Assembly: GCA_047495785.1 (NCBI GenBank)
Contig: JBLDXI010000054.1
Span: 1,798,001 to 1,862,000, forward strand
DNA from: Lepidodermella squamata
Taxonomy: Eukaryota; Animalia; Gastrotricha
Length of the DNA: 64,000 nucleotides
Direction: 5' to 3'
The notes beneath the pieces are model-generated. The model was not told where the DNA came from and searched no databases. It was given only the letters and a program-made list of their open reading frames with translations. The translations under genes were made by a program, and so were the position numbers. The first letter of the stretch is position 1. Every line of letters begins with the position of its first letter. Below are positions 1-12,929 of this stretch, piece after piece.

Positions 1-2419
1 ATTCGAATGACATCGAAGAAGATGATACAATTAATAGGTTGAGACGACGGTGAAACGGGTATGCTGCAGAGCCGATCACAAAACCGGTGAACACAAATCG
101 AGGGCAGCCAATGCTGAGCCGGGTGCCAAAGCTGTAAAGAAGAACATTGACTCTGACGTCGAAGTCCATCTTCGAAAAATTACTGGCTGTAAAACCTATT
201 TCAACGTAACTGTTCTACCATCCATAGAAGGATTGGAGAGGCGAGCTAAGAATGAGCGGCTGCGAAGAGACGACTTATACGAAAGTCACCCAGTGTTCGT
301 GGATGTAAGCTGACTGAACTTGAATTGTAATAATGTTTGTAGTATTTCAATTCACTGATGTAGATAAATTGGTCTCACAACCACTTCGTTTTTGGGCGAA
401 CAGCGCTGAGATATAAAGATTTGCGAGAAGAAACGAAGAGTCGAATGCGAGCCCTTCTTACTAGCTCAGCGTCTGTGACTCAGGCGGCAATGAAATTCCA
501 GAACGAGCTAGAACAGCGTTTCCCTGACGTTCACCCCACCATCCTGGCTGCTGATCGTTCTCTTTGTCCGACCACTCGAGAATGGTTACCTCAAAGATCT
601 TGAAACGATTAGCCTCTATGGCGAGCGTACAGAAGATGCGATGCTGGATCGATTACAGAAATTTGCTAAGGAGCATGCAGATGTTTGCAAATTCCAGGTT
701 ATTTGGATACATCATGGTTTCTGTGATTTATTACCAGTTTTTGTATTCTCAGGTGTGGCACGAGGATGGGCGGCGTCAGTGGGGTCTGGTCATCAGGACT
801 CCGTTAATGGAAAGGGTCTTCTCGATGGTGGCTCAGGCAAAGAAGCTGCTATTCTGCGATTCAACAGCTAGTGTGGACCTCACGAACTGCAATTTGACGT
901 TGCTCATATCAGCCTCGTCAGCAGGCGCCCTACCTTGTGTTGTGGCGATTCACAGCAATCAGGATACGGAGTGCTATAAGCGCGTGTTCAAACTTGCACG
1001 GATATGGTTAGGCGAAAACGTGAAATGTTTCATAACTGATATGAGCGAGGCTGAGCAACAAGGTCTCCTAGCCGCCTTTCCTGGAAGCAGCCTGTTTTAT
1101 TGTGTGTTCCACGTACTACAGGCTGTTTGGCGGTGGCTGATAAATCGGGACCATAGCATTCCTCGCGACTGCTGGTCACGCATTTATGATCGTAAGTTAA
1201 CTGATTTACCGGAATGATGTCTCTTTATAAATAGTTTAAATTTATAGTGTTCCATCGAGTTGCGTATTCTTCCAATTCGGAGGAATTTAAGCGTAACAAG
1301 GATGAGCCACTCGCCGATTCGCTTGTTGCTTGCAATTCAAAGCTGCGCGAATACCTCTTATCACATCTGAAGAATGCTGAGAAATGGGTGGTTGCTTTCC
1401 GGTCTGTGGATTGCGAGGGTCAGATGACAAATAACATCGTGGAACGGTGTGTTGGAATTATCAAAGACATCATCCTCTCTAGAGTTCTAGCCTACGATCC
1501 TGTTTGTCTGGCCGAATTCATTATTGCTGATTTTACCGATTTTTTCAAGAAAAAATTGCTGGATTAATCATCTGGACGTCGAAAGCTAAAAACAGAATGG
1601 CTTTGTCACCGTCATGCAGATATCGAGCATGCCTCTCAGTTTGAAACATACAAGTTCAAAATTACTACCGGAAATGGTGATGTGTACATGGTTGATTTGA
1701 ATTCCTGTTCATGTCCATATGGTCTGAGTGGTCGCATTTGCAAGCATCAAATGACCTTAGCGAAGGATCATGAAATCCCTTTGCCTCTGAACTATATGAT
1801 AATTGGAGAGCCTGAAGTCCTTCAGCTGTTGTCCATTATCGCAACTGGCAGTGCTCCGAAAATCTCATTCTTCGCTGATGAATGCACAACCTACAATATT
1901 GCTGTCACTTCCATTGACAGCAATAATGGTCCCATCTCCGAAGACTGCTGCCTCGACTTGGCTCCAGGTGAAGATACAACTGTTGTAGAGTACGCATCTA
2001 CATTATCAGCTTTCAACGTTGCATGTGGGAAGGTAGCCGATTTAGTACAAGCATCTTCCAGCAGTACGTTAAATCACCAGGTGGAGCGGTTTGCTCTGAG
2101 GCTATCAAAAGCTGCCGCCATGGGCTCGGCCTCTTTGGAGTCGTTTCTCGCCTGGTGCTCTTCGAAACATAATGATCATAGAATAGGGGCGAGAATTCGA
2201 GTTCAACCGACGGCAACCGGAGGACGGAAGTACGCGACCGGGTCTTCCCGCCCGCAGCAAGTCGGAAAGCGGGGCAGAACATCTGTTTCCAGCTGGTTGA
2301 TTGCGGCAGCTCGCCCTTCGGATGCTGCTTCAACACACATGCCGACAAGCTCTCAGAAGCGCCGTCTGGCTCAAAAGTTGCTCAAAAGTTCAAAGGCGAA
2401 ATCTCGGAGACTTAAATGA
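1..2419 (+). pseudogene. MULE (Mutator-like) DDE transposase with SWIM zinc finger, degenerate, 5'-truncated by window edge
   Basis: Motifs LFCDSTAS, CFITDMSEAEQ..FPGSSLFYCVFHVLQAVWRWL, TNNIVER and SWIM CSCPYGLSGRICKH. Short GT-AG introns at about 698-752 and 1192-1247. Frameshift near 575-600 and in-frame TAA at 1565-1567. The element's right end is probably near 3140 (not confirmed). Confidence 0.85.
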
Positions 2420-3167
2420 TTGATATTTATTATTTGCTTCCATGTGATATCAAGATTTGAATGATAAGAATAATAAAGATATGAATAAGTTATTCAAGTT
2501 TGTCTTTTTCATCTGAGTTTTACTTTAAGGCGTATCAATTCAACATTTAAGCTTCCTGGATATACGGGAGAGATCCGGAAAGATGATTGAAGTCTCCATT
2601 AAGCCCCGAGAGGGCCAAATTAGTTAATTTCCTTATCACGCGTTTTTACAGCAACTGCTAAGTATTTAGATCACGGTGAGTTGAGTGCAACTGACAGAAT
2701 TGATTAATTCGCCGTAGTTATTGAGATGTGGCATAGGGAAAGACAGGCGATGCAGGAACAGGACTTAGCTAAAACTCAAATTCCCCCCATAACTGCGTCG
2801 CTATGGTAACTATTTTGAATAATTCTAAATTTTGTTTATTTGAACATTTCTATTAATTGTGAAATTATTAAACTCGCGTGAAGAAAGTGGGGGAAAAGGC
2901 GGAATTTTTTAATTTTACCCTGCACGGAATTGAGCTCCAAAATTACCCTGTAACTGTCCAAAGTTACCGGAACACATTTCAATTTGCCAAACGTCAGGTA
3001 AAATTCTCAAAATTCTCAAAATTTGCAATGAATTCAAGAATCACCGTCCCCACCTGGTGAAAATTTCAGAAATTTAGGATCAAAGGCTGATTTTTGATCT
3101 CCGAAAAACACGTTTTGTCCAAAGTTACCACTCGTTACGGTATTTAAAATGGCTCATAACGTGAACT

Positions 3168-3980
3168 CTAGGAAAAAATATAGCTTTTTAGCTCAGGGCC
3201 ACTCAAAATGCTAATAATTTCGTTGCCGTATTTAGCTATTTTTAGCTATTTAGTCATGTTCAACCATCATTATACTCCCGTTTTGCAGGTCAAAGGTCAC
3301 CCGTGCACACGTGATCAAAACGTGTGATCAAAACGTGTGATCAAAACACTAAATTTTTAGGTTGTTGCTAGTGTTGTAGTTTCGTCATTTCGTCATTTCG
3401 TCACCATGAAAAAAATAATAATAAAATGTAATGAGCTGGAGTCGAACTATCAACCTCTGGTTTCCTGAGCTATAGCTTGAACCACTAAACCACACAGGAG
3501 ACACATGGAACCCGTCTTAGAATCAATTGATATAGGTCACAGTTAAAGCATACTTCAACAAAATAGATGCACACGATTTTAAGACAACTTGCTTGTTTAG
3601 TGGTTCCAGCACTAGCACTCGAAACCTGAGGTCGATAGTTCGACTCCAGCTCATATCATTTTTTATTTTTTTCCAAGTTTTTTCGGCCTTTTGGAAGTTT
3701 TTCAAAGTGACGAATTGACGAAATGACGAAATGACGAAACCACCACCAACTTAACAACAAGCAACAACTTAAAAGCTTAGTGTTTTGATCACACACTTTG
3801 ATCACGTGTGCACGTGTGACCTTCGACATGCAAAACGGGAGTATAATGATTGTGTGTGTAATCTTTTGATCCCTTAACAATGAATTATGGCTAAATAGCC
3901 AAAAACGCTAAATAAGGGTACGGGAACGACATTATTAGCATTTCAAGGGGTTCTGAGCTAAAAAGCAATATTTTTTCTAG
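3168..3980. mobile_element. About 810-bp foldback/MITE whose two arms are imperfect inverted repeats, each with tRNA-like A/B boxes
   Basis: Left end CTAGGAAAAAATATAGCTTTTTAGCTCAG versus reverse complement of right end CTAGAAAAAATATTGCTTTTTAGCTCAG. Internal arms mirror each other (GTGTGATCAAAAC, CGTCATTT repeats, GGAGTCGAAC/GTTCGACTCC). Confidence 0.85.
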
Positions 3981-4059
3981 TGACGTGGTTTTACTCGAAT
4001 AGAAACCTTTAAGTTGCATTCTTGGAGCTTCAAGCCATAAAAATAAACTATTAGGTATC

Positions 4060-4300
4060 AGAAGGATCACAAGGAAGGATCACAAGGAACACGCTAGTTA
4101 TTATTTCAAAATTTTAGGAGCGATATGAACCACTGAAATTGAAGAAATTCAATTTCGCTGATGCAGATCGAGACCAGATCGAGCTCTACAATTTGAATAC
4201 TTGGAGTGAACTTGTTTACTTGGCCTCCAAGAAATTGATGAATCAGCTGACCATCTGGCGCCCATGGCCTACACCCTTTTTCACGCGAGTGGGCGATCTC
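4060..4300. repeat. Dispersed repeat (MITE-like), related to 12930-13490
   Basis: 4211-4297 matches the reverse complement of 12930-13020 (CTGATGAATCAGCTGwCCATCTGGCGCCCATGGC). 4070-4120 matches 13092-13140 directly. Confidence 0.65.
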
Positions 4301-4812
4301 TACTGAATTATATCTATGATTACGCATAAGGCCTCTTTGTTAACACCCTGGAAATAGGGAATGTTCGAGATTATTGCTGAATCTTACGGCTCGAATTAAA
4401 AAAGAAACCATGCCTTCGAGAAAATCGATAATCCTACTTGCTCTTTTGTAGTCGCCTTTTCTCCTCTCGCGTAATCAAAACTAAAAAGCGTACACGCCGT
4501 GAACGATAGTTCAAACCTCAATGGAACATCGAAATATCCTTATTAGGCTCAAGCTGAAACAAATCGGGAATAACTGGGATAAATTGACCGCCCGAGAATT
4601 AACCATCTTGCAAAAACTAGGACGATAAAATTTTTGCCTCACGCACGCCATAACATTAATGTCAATATATATGTTATATGCCATTTGGAACCTACAATGT
4701 GTTCCGAACAAATCGAAAAAACCAAAAGGCAGAAGTTCGGCAAACCCCTGTTATTTCGCCCTTTCATCCACAAACCTGATAATAATGTAAAATTCTCGAT
4801 TCGTCGGCGAAA

Positions 4813-5992
4813 ATGTTTCTAAATCGAGCGCTGTTACCGATAATTATGCGCATAGTAAGCTGTGATCTGTCACCTGAACGATTTTTTCAGGCCCATGAGG
4901 CGAAGTTGCTCGCCATTTTCAGTCAGAGGTGCGATCTCTTCGCCTTCTCACGTCCATCTTCAGCACATTTCAGCACACCCATAAGCGTGTACGTAGAATT
5001 GACCGCCATCGAGTTTCGCAGTCTCGTCGACCGCGATGAAACATTCACTTTCACTGCAAAGACGGAGATCAAATGGAGCCATCCATGCACCATTTGGTCA
5101 AACGAACCAGTTTACAATGAAGTGGGCAGTATTTAATTCCATGCTAGATCTGGCATCCATTGATCTACCTTAAAAACGGAGCAACCGATTTAATGCCGTT
5201 CGAGCAGCTGAAGGATTCAACGCCAGTCTACTTTTATTCGGACGGCAGTGTATCTTGGACTATTATGCGGGAAATCACCGTTATGTGCGGGATGAATTTC
5301 ATAAAATTTCCGTTTGATAGCCAATGTTGCGATATCGTCCTAGAAAGTGGCCAGAATATAAATAAATCTACCTTCACAATGAAGCCTAATTCTCTGCGGT
5401 TTGCAAACAATGGCTTCCTTGGTAGCGCGGATGTTTGGGAGCTGACAAGCCTGACGTACCAAAATAAATCTTCTCTTGGACCGCCGGAATCAATGAAGGT
5501 ATACAACCAAGTTGTCATTGAATTTGGTTTCAAGCGAAAAAGCGTTCCTTATGTTACGAATATTCTCGTTCCATGTTTGCACTACAGATACTTCAGTGCA
5601 TGACGGGATTCATAGGCCATCAGGAGGTTGACCGAGCTATTTACATCGTCACATGTGAGTAGCCTAATATTTTTTCTGGTTAATGTAATTTTTTGTTTGG
5701 TATCGCAGTGCTTCTTACTGATCTTTTCCTTCAAACAACCATCTCAAGCCTGCTGCCAGATACGGCCGAAGTGGCTTACATCACTATTTTCATCTTGGTG
5801 CAATTCCTTACTGGGTTTATAATAACTGTATACAGCCTGGTTGCGCTCTCTCTTGGAAAGCAGAAATGGGCGCGACTTAGACTTTATGGCGAAATTTCTC
5901 GCATAGATTTTATTGATAAGGTGTTCTTCCTCGGAATTAGCGCTTTGACGATTTCCTTTGATTTCTTAATTGTTAGTCTGATGATGAATTGA
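4813..5992 (+). pseudogene. Divergent Cys-loop pLGIC subunit G1, frameshifted
   Basis: Signal peptide, RCDL, WSHPCTIW, IWHPLIYLKN, Cys-loop CGMNFIKFPFDSQCC, four TM segments, 54-nt intron 5655-5708. Frame breaks at about 5125-5150 and about 5578. Confidence 0.8.
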
Positions 5993-7680
5993 ATAATGGC
6001 TGAGGGGTAATGCGATACTTTACTTATTCAACGAGAACATAAAATGTGCTCTGGTTAATATGGACCTGGAACATAGAGAACAAAAGCACATTATCGCTAT
6101 AAATATAAATGCACTTTTATGTTCTCTATGGCCTGGAATTAATTGAAATATATTTGGCAGATAAAGGGTTGAGCAAGCCGAGGTTTTGATTTTGATTATT
6201 GATGAAATAATCAAGTCGTGATAAACTGTTCATAATCAGGAAAATAAAACAAATTTGAAAGTTCAAGCTTTCATTGTGCATTGATGAATGGAGTGAATCG
6301 GTAGGGATAAAGCCTATCCCTTATACTTCATTTTTTCACACCTGTAACAACAGCGTTACCATTTTGCATGAGTTATGGTTATGGAAACCACAGCAAACTT
6401 CGACGGGAAATTTCCCAAGTCACCACGTGATATTTTATTCTTGGGAGCAAAAAGCAAATAACTCAAATTTTGTTGATATAGTTATCGTGACTTGGCTTCT
6501 AGACCTGCTATAAACGAAATTAAGTCTCCCTGCTAGTTGTGACTTAGACTCAGCGCCAGGATGAGAATATCACAAAGAAGCATCATAGTGCCCATTGCAC
6601 TGTAAACGATGAGATCAGCTAGTCGAATCCTAGAAATTTTCCAATTCGTGCGATAAACAGTTATCAGATCCGAGTAATACGGGTCGCATGCGAGAGGACA
6701 TGCCAATAGCGTATAGACAGTTAAAATGGAGCTGAACAGCATCTGCAGCGCAATAAGAACCAACACGTATGCGATTTGGGCCGTTTCGGGTATTACTGCC
6801 GAAAGAGATGACTGGAGGACCAAAAATGACAACAAAACTAAGGAGAAAGCATCTTAACTTGAAGAGCGCTTAGTATTAGGTATTAGGTATATAAATCACC
6901 TGTTATACAAAATGAACACTTTTCTCCGTTTTCTGGCGGAATGCAAGCAGACATCAGAATTACGATTTGAAGAATGAAGCAAGGCAAATAAATCCCCATC
7001 ATGTAGACCTGGCATCTTCGCCTGACAACGAATGTGAGCAGCACTTCGTCGTATATCCGATTATTTGTCATATGATGGTATTTTCCTTGTGACAAGCCAA
7101 TATCCTCGAGTGACCAAACATCAGCATCGCTGATGAATTTCGGATCTACGGGTATGTAACTACTAGCCGGCTGCATATTCACCTTGTTAGTACTGTCGAA
7201 TGACATGAGTGGGTAAACGCATGTTTGCTTGTCGAATGGGAAGTTGGAGAAATCCATATCGCAGTAAAATTCAAGCGTAGTGGCAACTGTCAAATGAACG
7301 GCTCCACTGGACATGAAAAGTGCCCTGCTTTCTGCGGCCAATCTGCAGATAGAGATAAAATAGTAAATCAAACCATGTGGGCAAATAATGGCTTACTTTC
7401 GAAAGGGCATGCAATTGCCAACTGCTGAGGTTACTACGACAAGGGGCGTCCAAATACCACTGCCACTCACAGTGAAATATTCTGTCGAGTTGAATCTGGC
7501 GTCTGAAGACCAAGTAGTGCAAGGATTGGTCCATCGAAAGCTGACCTGAGCTATAAAGGAGAATATTTGCTTCTGACTATCTATGCCGAGAAATCTCATG
7601 GGAATAAAATCCACTGTTATATTCAGTATTTCGTGGAAGTTTTTGACTGGTCTGAATTCTGACAATAGATTGCATCGCTT

Positions 7681-10600
7681 CATAGACAATGATGTAACAG
7701 ATCGGACACTCACGCACTTGCCTGTTTACGCTAAACCATAAATTTGCACACTAATTTAAATGCATTGATTTAAAAGGTGAAAATAGTCGTAGGCCTCGGA
7801 ATTTTTTGAAACTTGGACCTAAAAATTCCTCATCTTTCAAGGATGCTAGTGATGCAAACTTCGAGGTGCGGTTCCTTCCCTATGATTTTTAAATTAGGAA
7901 AAAAGATTGTAGCGATTTTTGTCAGTTGTTAAGTCTATTTTCAAGTTTTTTTTAGCGCCACTCAAAATTTGATTGTTACGAAAAACGAACATCTGTGGCA
8001 CACTCCATTTTTATTGCAATTTTTCAGCTTTAATTTAAGTCGATCGAAAAATAGTAGATAGATATCAAAATAGAAAAAAATTGAAGCGTTTTTCATTTTT
8101 CATTCACATGTTTTGGTTTTGAGCCGCTTTACGGCTTTTCGTCGGTTGCTTCATAGCCACCTGCCGCATTTTGAGCTCATGGCGAAGGAAAGTTCCAGCC
8201 GCAACAGCGACAATCGATTTGAAGAGTTGATGAGAGTGTGGCGCAGCACCGGCGTCGAATTCTTGGCATAGGCCGTCAAGAAGCACCGGCCTGGCACAAG
8301 CCGCGTAAAAAAGCGTTCTTTGCACGGCAACGATGGGTAGTGAAGTCCTTAGGTAATAGTCCAGATTTTCACGTATGATCGACCGGACGGATTTCACGAT
8401 TCGATATACCGTCAATGACGGGCGAGTGAGACTGAAATCGTACAACTTTTAGATAACGAATTCCAAGCAAAATGTTTATTACCATAATTTTCCGTCTTGT
8501 TTTCGAAAACTGAAGCCCTTTATCACACGGCATGGAGTCAGAAGGAAATCGCGTGTCAGGGAATCGATACAGCCGGGGCATTTCAGCTTGTCAGTTAGAA
8601 GTTTTTTGACGCAAAATCCACCAATGTTGGCAATAATTTCTTCCCCAATTAGGGGGAGCGTTGCTTCGTACTCCATTCCTCTTTGCAGTAACTCGTCTTC
8701 AGCTTCAATTTCGTCCCATTCAGTTAAATCATGAAGCTCAGCAACCTAGAATAAAATAAAGTTGTTAAGAACAAATCTCCATATAATTCAAGTCTCAATT
8801 ATCGAGGCAAAATCAACCTTGGTCTGAATAAAAAAATATCGAAAAATTCAAAAAAATTATGGAAAAATCAATTTTTAAATTTTAAATTGAATTAAATCAA
8901 TTTTCGAATTATTTTCCAATAAATGAGATTTTGTTTCATAGATTTATAATAAAACCTACAACAAAATTTCTTTCACAATTTTGCAGCCTATACTAAATAT
9001 TTTTATCGGTTTCAATATTTTGGAAAAAAATAAAAATGAGCACAATTTAAGGAGGATCATCACTCACTTTTTGGCTGCTATCGTCGCCATCATACAGCGG
9101 TTTTTTGATGTGATCGAAAATCGTCACTTGGTTGAAACGCATGGTTTTTTCGACGTTTCCCTTTGCCAATACATATCTCTGGATCATATAGCCCCGGATA
9201 GCAGCAATCAACTGCTCTGGGGTCGGATTCATCGCAAAACCATTGAATTGTCGAGCAAACGAGAACAACAACTCTAGGCTGTCCTGTAGAAAATAGTAAG
9301 TCGCGACGAATGCAACGTCACAGCTGAATAAGAGGTATTCAACAACAGCAACAGTCGTTCTTATCGCTTGGACCATTCCACGCACGCCAGATTTCAATGT
9401 GCTTTCAATAGCCTTGTTGCCAACAGTGTCGGTGAAACTCAGTAAAACATCGATGCCATCTTCGAGGTGAGATTTCCAGGTCGGGAAGGTTTCCTTGCGA
9501 ACTGGGCGCCGATTGGGTTCGACATCGGAAAGATTGCGCTGGTTGAGGCAGTCCCACACTGTGTTAATAATTCGGCACAATTTCTCCGTGCCTTCGCTAT
9601 TTCCGAAATTCGTCTGATATTGAGGGATGCTACGCAGTACAGCAAGGGCATTGGCGACGCTGCCGCTGAAAATTTGTACAGCGAGTGTCACCTTCATCGG
9701 CCACTTTGCCCAAGCCAAGTGAGAACTGGTCAATTTGGTGCGAAGGTGGAGGCCAACTGCATCTTGGAGATGAACCAGTTCAACGACGTGGAGCCAATAG
9801 GCTTTGTAAATCTGGCCACGGTAGGTAAAAACTAGAATTCCCCATTTGGCAAAGAGAGCGCGAATTAGTTTTAAGCAATGAGTTGCGTCTTGGCTCCAGT
9901 ACCAACTCGACTCATGCGCAGCTGGAAACGGCGAGAAAATTTCGGTCGGAATTTCTTCAAAACCTTCCATGGTCTTTACATTCGCCCGGTGGCCATCGGC
10001 AGTAGTTACAATAGCGTGCAACCCTCGCGTTACAAACTCCTGTCGAATTTCCTTCAGAACTGCTGACTGAATTGTTTCGCAAGTCGATTCTAACAACAAG
10101 AGGCAAACCGGGTAGCACACGCCACCTGACAGTGAAACAGCTAAAAAAACTACTGCTTCGTGCGGAGGTTTGCCGAGCTGACTTTCAACATCGGGCAGGG
10201 TGTTGAATGATCCCGCGTCAACCAAACCGTGAACTGTTTCATCACCGAAATGGAAGTACTCGCCCCTTTTGATTACCATAGCGTCCATTTGGATCACGTA
10301 GTGACGCTTTGATGGCGATTTAAAACGAATCGTTTCAAGGAGAGACAAAGCCAATTGATTAAGCCCAGGCTTAACAACAACTTGAGCCAGCCATCGACGA
10401 ACTGTTCGCTCAGACGGCATGCATTTTCCGAAATATACACGAAGTTTCATTCGAGCAGAGGGCTGCAAACCTATAAAAATAATTTAAACATTTACCGGAA
10501 AAATTAAAAAATTCGAATTAAAAAATGTACAAATTAAAAATAAAAAAATAAAAAAATGATTTCAAATAACATATTTTTCCGAATTTTCCGAAGTGAAAAA

Positions 10601-11963
10601 ATTCAGATCGGTAAAAAGTATAATAATAAAAATTAATCAACGTATATTTAAAAACTATATGAATAATTAGGGAGATTTTTGATCATTTCTATAATTTTAT
10701 TGAAGCTTCAATTTGTTAAAATATGATTCGTAAATTCGATACATGAAGTATAGTTGTTTATTAGTTATAATAAAAAATAGCCAAAAAAATCAAAGATTTC
10801 TTTGAACCTGTTGCCATTTCCTTGAATAAATTTGAGTATCGTCGTCCTTTGAGCGGCTTTGATGCAATTGTTTCCATCTCGTCAACTAGTTGCTTTCCAA
10901 CCTCGCCCAGGGAATTTCGCTTTTGGTGTATTTTGTTCAATTGATTTTCAAGCGACTTCATTTTTCGCTTCATTCTGCTGCAATTTGTCTTCGCTATACT
11001 GAGTCTTGCTTTCAGTTGTTCTCGGGTGAATTGGGTTCGACCAGGCCGCCGGGCCGGCAATTCTTTCACGGCGACGGCTGCAGAGGTCGATGCAACGTTT
11101 TCCTGGGACTGGAGAGGTAAGCCGTTAGAACCACCGAAACTGTCTTGTCCGGAAGAATTTTCTGCATCTATTTGTCCACCCGAACCCGGGCCTTTTGATT
11201 CGTTAATTTTGTAAATCCCGAATTCGAGTTCATTATTGTTAAATTGGTGAAGCTTTCCACCTGAAGGCTTGCGCCTTTTCTTGAGTTCCCGAACGCGGCT
11301 GGCTCGCGAAACAAGCGCGAGTCGAAGCGAAATTTCATCTTCGTCCTCGGCCAAATTGAACTCCTTCTTCATCAGCTCTCTTTGGACTTTGTGGGTGGCC
11401 TGTCTCCAAGAAATTAACCATGAGAATCGAACTTTAACAACCCGCATATTAAGAAATGCCGCATGCCCGCATGCTATATTAAGAAATATTAAGAATGTTA
11501 AGAAATTAAGAAATCAGCAAAATTAAGAATTAACTGAAAACTAAACATGTTAGGTTTGCATTTAAAATGAAACTCAATAAAAATGGGTAGGAAATAGATT
11601 TCAAGAAATCCTCCTTAAAAATTTCCTCTGAAGTGCTGACTTTAATGACACATGCACACAACAACTTTACATTTTTCGAATGCTTATTTTTATCGAGTGA
11701 GCATGGCACGCGATGACGCAACACAACAATACAGAGTGTGAGTAATCGATTTTTCGATATTGATTTTCTCGGCAACGAAATCGAACCGCACTACGGGACT
11801 TGGATCATTATTACCGTAAAAAAATGCCCGATTTTTCGATATTTTTTTCAAGAATTTAGGAGAACAACGACTTTTCGGCCGGATTTATAATGGCCGATCC
11901 ACGCATAATTAGTGTTTCAATGCGAAGTGCGTGAGTGTCCGATCTGTACCATCATTGTCTATG
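7681..11963 (-). mobile_element. P-superfamily DNA transposon, 4283 bp, apparently full length
   Basis: 39-bp TIRs (CATAGACAATGATG..ACAGATCGGACACTCACGCACTT, 37/39 identical). Perfect 8-bp TSD CATCGCTT at 7673-7680 and 11964-11971. Contains a P-type transposase. Confidence 0.95.
8104..11447 (-). CDS. P-element/THAP9-like transposase, multi-exon (true start not resolved)
   Basis: Coiled coil then GRRYS, MPSERTVRRW HTH, catalytic IQMDAM, TTADG, QDATHCLKLIR, QDSLELLFSFARQ..NPT, C-terminal IGGFCVKKL..CPGC. Exons join in frame across introns at about 10471-10807, 8747-9068 and 8432-8482. Confidence 0.9.
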
Positions 11964-12294
11964 CATCGCTTGACCATTTCTTGATATACTAAAGCTTCCT
12001 CAGTCAGAAAAACATTTTCCTCGGTTGCTGTAACCGAACAAGCCATAGACAATAACAATAATGCGATTATGATCATAGCTGTGTGAAATTCTACTGTAAC
12101 GCCCATCGCCATTGCTGTCAAATATTTTGGGTGAGGGAATACTTGGCGAGGATATTGCAATAGGAGAGTACTCAATTTTAACCGGAATTTCGTAATCGAA
12201 ACGTAAATAAACCAGAGCTATCGGTGCATATTTTTTTATATTGGCAAGACTTCGAGCGCATTCTGTTTTTCATCCAATGCATTTTTATTACATA

Positions 12295-12472
12295 TCATGA
12301 CGCAATAATGGCAAATAGTAAAAAATCAGCTAATGTTTTGACAATTAAAACAACGTAGTAAAAAAAGAAATCGAGCACGCGTATCCGGGATATTCTCATG
12401 GGCCATTTCGTAAAGGGGAACGGTTCAGTGAATATGACTTTTTGCCTATAATACGCTCTGTCCGATAAATCG
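12295..12472 (-). pseudogene. Orphan copy of the 3' end (M3-M4 loop and M4) of pLGIC G4, marking a tandem-duplication breakpoint
   Basis: 5 mismatches in about 178 bp versus 17166-17343. Confidence 0.9.
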
Positions 12473-12929
12473 GATGTAGGAAATTTAGGGAATAAAGTTA
12501 GGATAAAGTTTCAAGCTTTGTGCATTTGCCAATGGAGGGATTCGGTAGGGATAATCCCTATCCTCTATCCTTCATTTTTTCACAGCTGTTTTCATCAGCG
12601 TTCCCATTTTTCCACAATTATGAAAACCACAAACCTTAATTGGAAATTACCCAAGTCACCATGTGATATTTCATTATTGATAACAAAACAGAGGAAGCTA
12701 CATAGTAAAAATAGTTATCCGGATCATAGTGGGAAATATGACGTAAAACAACCCGGAATATTTCCTGCTATTCCGGGCTGTTTGAGCCAGGATATCTTGA
12801 TATCCGGGCTGATTTAAACCCAAGTCATGGCTCGAAATTTTGCAGCATTTACCTCTATTTTCGGTTTCTTTAAGCACGAAAACAAAAGTCACGAAAATAC
12901 TGAGACGCCCATAGACATAATTTAGGATA

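Larger units (their letters stand above)
6533..12112 (-). pseudogene. Divergent Cys-loop pLGIC subunit G2, exon 1 interrupted by a P-element
   Basis: Removing 7681-11971 restores YQEMVKR-CNLLSEFRPVKNF. Cys-loop CDMDFSNFPFDKQTC, M2 GEKCSFCITVLLSFLVLQ, introns 7343-7396 (54 nt) and about 6842-6899. Confidence 0.88.

Noticed and set aside
3591-3652. tRNA gene
   Set aside because: A/B-box-like motifs only. No convincing acceptor or anticodon stems, and it lies inside a foldback repeat arm.
5122-5147. 26-nt GT..AG intron rescuing G1
   Set aside because: Too short, removes residues present in paralogs, and a second frameshift remains near 5578.
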